This document shows positions 62,572 to 64,000 of a DNA stretch of 64,000 bases, piece after piece. A program made the position numbers and the translations under genes. Positions within the stretch are counted from its first letter, which is position 1. Each line of letters starts with the position of its first letter. The stretch is from an uncultured Gammaproteobacteria bacterium (GTDB taxonomy: Bacteria > Pseudomonadota > Gammaproteobacteria > Steroidobacterales > Steroidobacteraceae). The notes under the pieces were generated by a model. It had not been told where the DNA came from. It did no database searches and saw only the letters and a program-made list of their open reading frames with translations. The DNA lies in contig CAVZUU010000006.1 of NCBI GenBank assembly GCA_963778585.1, positions 660 through 64,659 of the forward strand, given 5' to 3'.

Positions 62572-63379
62572 CGATCCCGGGTTCTCCATTCACGCGGTTG
62601 GCCATTGCGGCGGGCGCCGTGCGCGGCGGCTTGCGGTTCTTCCGCCAGCCGATCGAAAACCCGTTCGAGTAGCGCATGTCGACGTAGTGGATGTCGGCGG
62701 CGCGACCGGCGACGACCGGCGCGGCGATATTGACGAAGCGGTCGAGGCGTTCGTCGACCTGGCGGCGCCCAAGCCGGACGGTCACGCCGTTCGAGAGATC
62801 GAGCTCCCAGGCGCCGCGCGCATCGAGCCTGAGTGCCGCCACGCGCAGGCTCTGATCCACGAGGCGGCCCTGGATCGCCAGATAGCGTTGCGCGACCTGC
62901 CACTCCGTGCCGGCCGGTCCGTCGAGGCGCGGCAGTTCCGGCGGGACGTGCCGCACGCCGCTCGCGAACAGTTCGCCACGCGTATTGAGCAGTCCGTCTT
63001 CGCCCCATCGCGCGGCCGCCTGCTGCTCGACGATCTCGACGCGCACGCGGTCCGGCCACAGCCGCTGCACGCGGGCGCGGTCGACCCAGGCGAGTGCCTC
63101 GACGGATGCGCGGAGCTTGTCGAGATCGGCGCTGATGAAGCCGCCGGCGAGCGAACCGCGCGCAGCCTCCTCCACCTCGACCGCCGCCACCCTTTGGAAC
63201 GGCCCGTCGATGACGATACTGCGAACCGGCTGGTCGAGACCGAGTGCGAGCAGGAGCGCGAGCGCGCCGAGCGCCGCGATCGCGCCGAGGATCCGGCCGG
63301 CCCGCGGCCACTCGAGCTTCGGCAGCTCCACGCGGCGGCCGCCGGACTTTCTTCGATTGCGCCTGCGCACGAGTCCCAT
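62564..63379 (-). CDS. ftsQ: cell division protein FtsQ
   Basis: 271 aa from the ATG at 63379. Basic N-terminus, one TM helix (ILGAIAALGALALLLALGL), then POTRA and FtsQ domains. Position is between ddl and ftsA. Confidence 0.88.
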   Translation of the reverse strand: MGLVRRRNRRKSGGRRVELPKLEWPRAGRILGAIAALGALALLLALGLDQPVRSIVIDGPFQRVAAVEVEEAARGSLAGGFISADLDKLRASVEALAWVDRARVQRLWPDRVRVEIVEQQAAARWGEDGLLNTRGELFASGVRHVPPELPRLDGPAGTEWQVAQRYLAIQGRLVDQSLRVAALRLDARGAWELDLSNGVTVRLGRRQVDERLDRFVNIAAPVVAGRAADIHYVDMRYSNGFSIGWRKNRKPPRTAPAAMANRVNGEPGIDG

Positions 63380-63381
63380 GC

Positions 63382-64000
63382 TCAGGTCCTCTCGCGCGCG
63401 AAGCTGGTTTCGAGGATGCGCCATGCGAGCTCCGGGAAATCGATGCCCGCGGCGGCGGCGGCCATCGGGACCAGGGAGTGGCTCGTCATGCCGGGCACAG
63501 TGTTGATCTCGAGGAGCAGCGGCACGCCGTCGTCGCCCATTACGAAATCGACGCGACCCCAGCCGCCCGCTCCTGCGACGGCAAAGGTCGTGAGCGCCGC
63601 CTGCTGCAGGGCGGATTCCGCCGGAGCCGCGAGGCCGCAGGGAATCAGGTACCGGGTGTCGTCCGCGAAGTACTTCGCCTGGTAGTCGTAGAAGCTCCGC
63701 GGCGTCTCGATCGCGATGGCGGGCAGCGCCGCGCCCTGGAGGAGACCGACCGTGAACTCGCGGCCCGTAATCCAGCGCTCGGCGATCACGACCGGATCGA
63801 GCGCCGACGCGGCGCGCCAGGCCGCCGGCAATTCCGCGGCGCTTGCGACCCGGCTCATGCCGACGCTCGAGCCCTGCGACGCGGGCTTTACGGCGATCGG
63901 CAGGCCAAGTTCTGCGGCCGCTCGCTCGCAGTCGGCGGCGCCGTTCAATTCGATCCACCGCGGCGTCGCGACGCCCGCCGCCTGCGCGAGCCGTTTGGTG
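63382..64000 (-). CDS. ddl: D-alanine--D-alanine ligase (5'-truncated by the window edge)
   Basis: LGLPIAVKPASQGSSVGMSRV, GWGRVDFV and LEINTVPGMTSHSLVP. The reading frame stays open to position 64000. Confidence 0.93.
   Translation of the reverse strand, partial: TKRLAQAAGVATPRWIELNGAADCERAAAELGLPIAVKPASQGSSVGMSRVASAAELPAAWRAASALDPVVIAERWITGREFTVGLLQGAALPAIAIETPRSFYDYQAKYFADDTRYLIPCGLAAPAESALQQAALTTFAVAGAGGWGRVDFVMGDDGVPLLLEINTVPGMTSHSLVPMAAAAAGIDFPELAWRILETSFARERT

Noticed and set aside
60367-62733. 788-aa ORF on the plus strand
   Set aside because: It is antisense to ftsZ and ftsA. It is Ser/Pro/Ala/Arg-rich and has no recognisable domain.

Overview
High-GC (about two-thirds G+C by eye) chromosomal segment with gene order typical of a gammaproteobacterium of the Xanthomonadales/Nevskiales type. 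All family calls come from reading motifs in the supplied translations; no searches were run. The ORF track uses alternative start codons and the longest ORFs, so several starts were re-derived by hand.

Most of the window is housekeeping:
- csrA-lysC, and alaS-recX-recA-thpR-pncC
- mutS, aspS, clpB
- a six-gene pantothenate/CoA operon
- zupT-pgeF-rluD / bamD, nadE, sucCD
- a type IV pilus block (pilS, pilR, pilA, pilB, pilC, pilD) followed by coaE-zapD-yacG
- prolyl oligopeptidase, mutT-fusion, secA, an M23 peptidase, a DUF721/DciA-like gene
- the end of the dcw cluster (lpxC, ftsZ, ftsA, ftsQ, ddl)

Accessory or unusual content:
1. A decayed integrative element at tRNA-Ser(GCU). It carries a doubly frameshifted P4-type integrase, an AlpA gene and a FlhC/SetC-like gene.
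2. A lower-GC six-gene envelope-modification cluster between mutS and aspS. It combines a GtrB/ArnC-like GT2, a GT-C membrane transferase, two SAM methyltransferases, an alkaline-phosphatase-superfamily membrane enzyme and a tiny secreted membrane protein. This is the best candidate for an undescribed system.
3. A second alkaline-phosphatase-superfamily membrane enzyme wedged between pilA and pilB, next to a pilin with a long Ser/Thr-rich disulfide loop.
4. A family of composite palindromic intergenic repeats that donate stop codons or C-terminal residues to flanking genes, plus two other large structured intergenic elements.
5. Split coaC and coaB genes.
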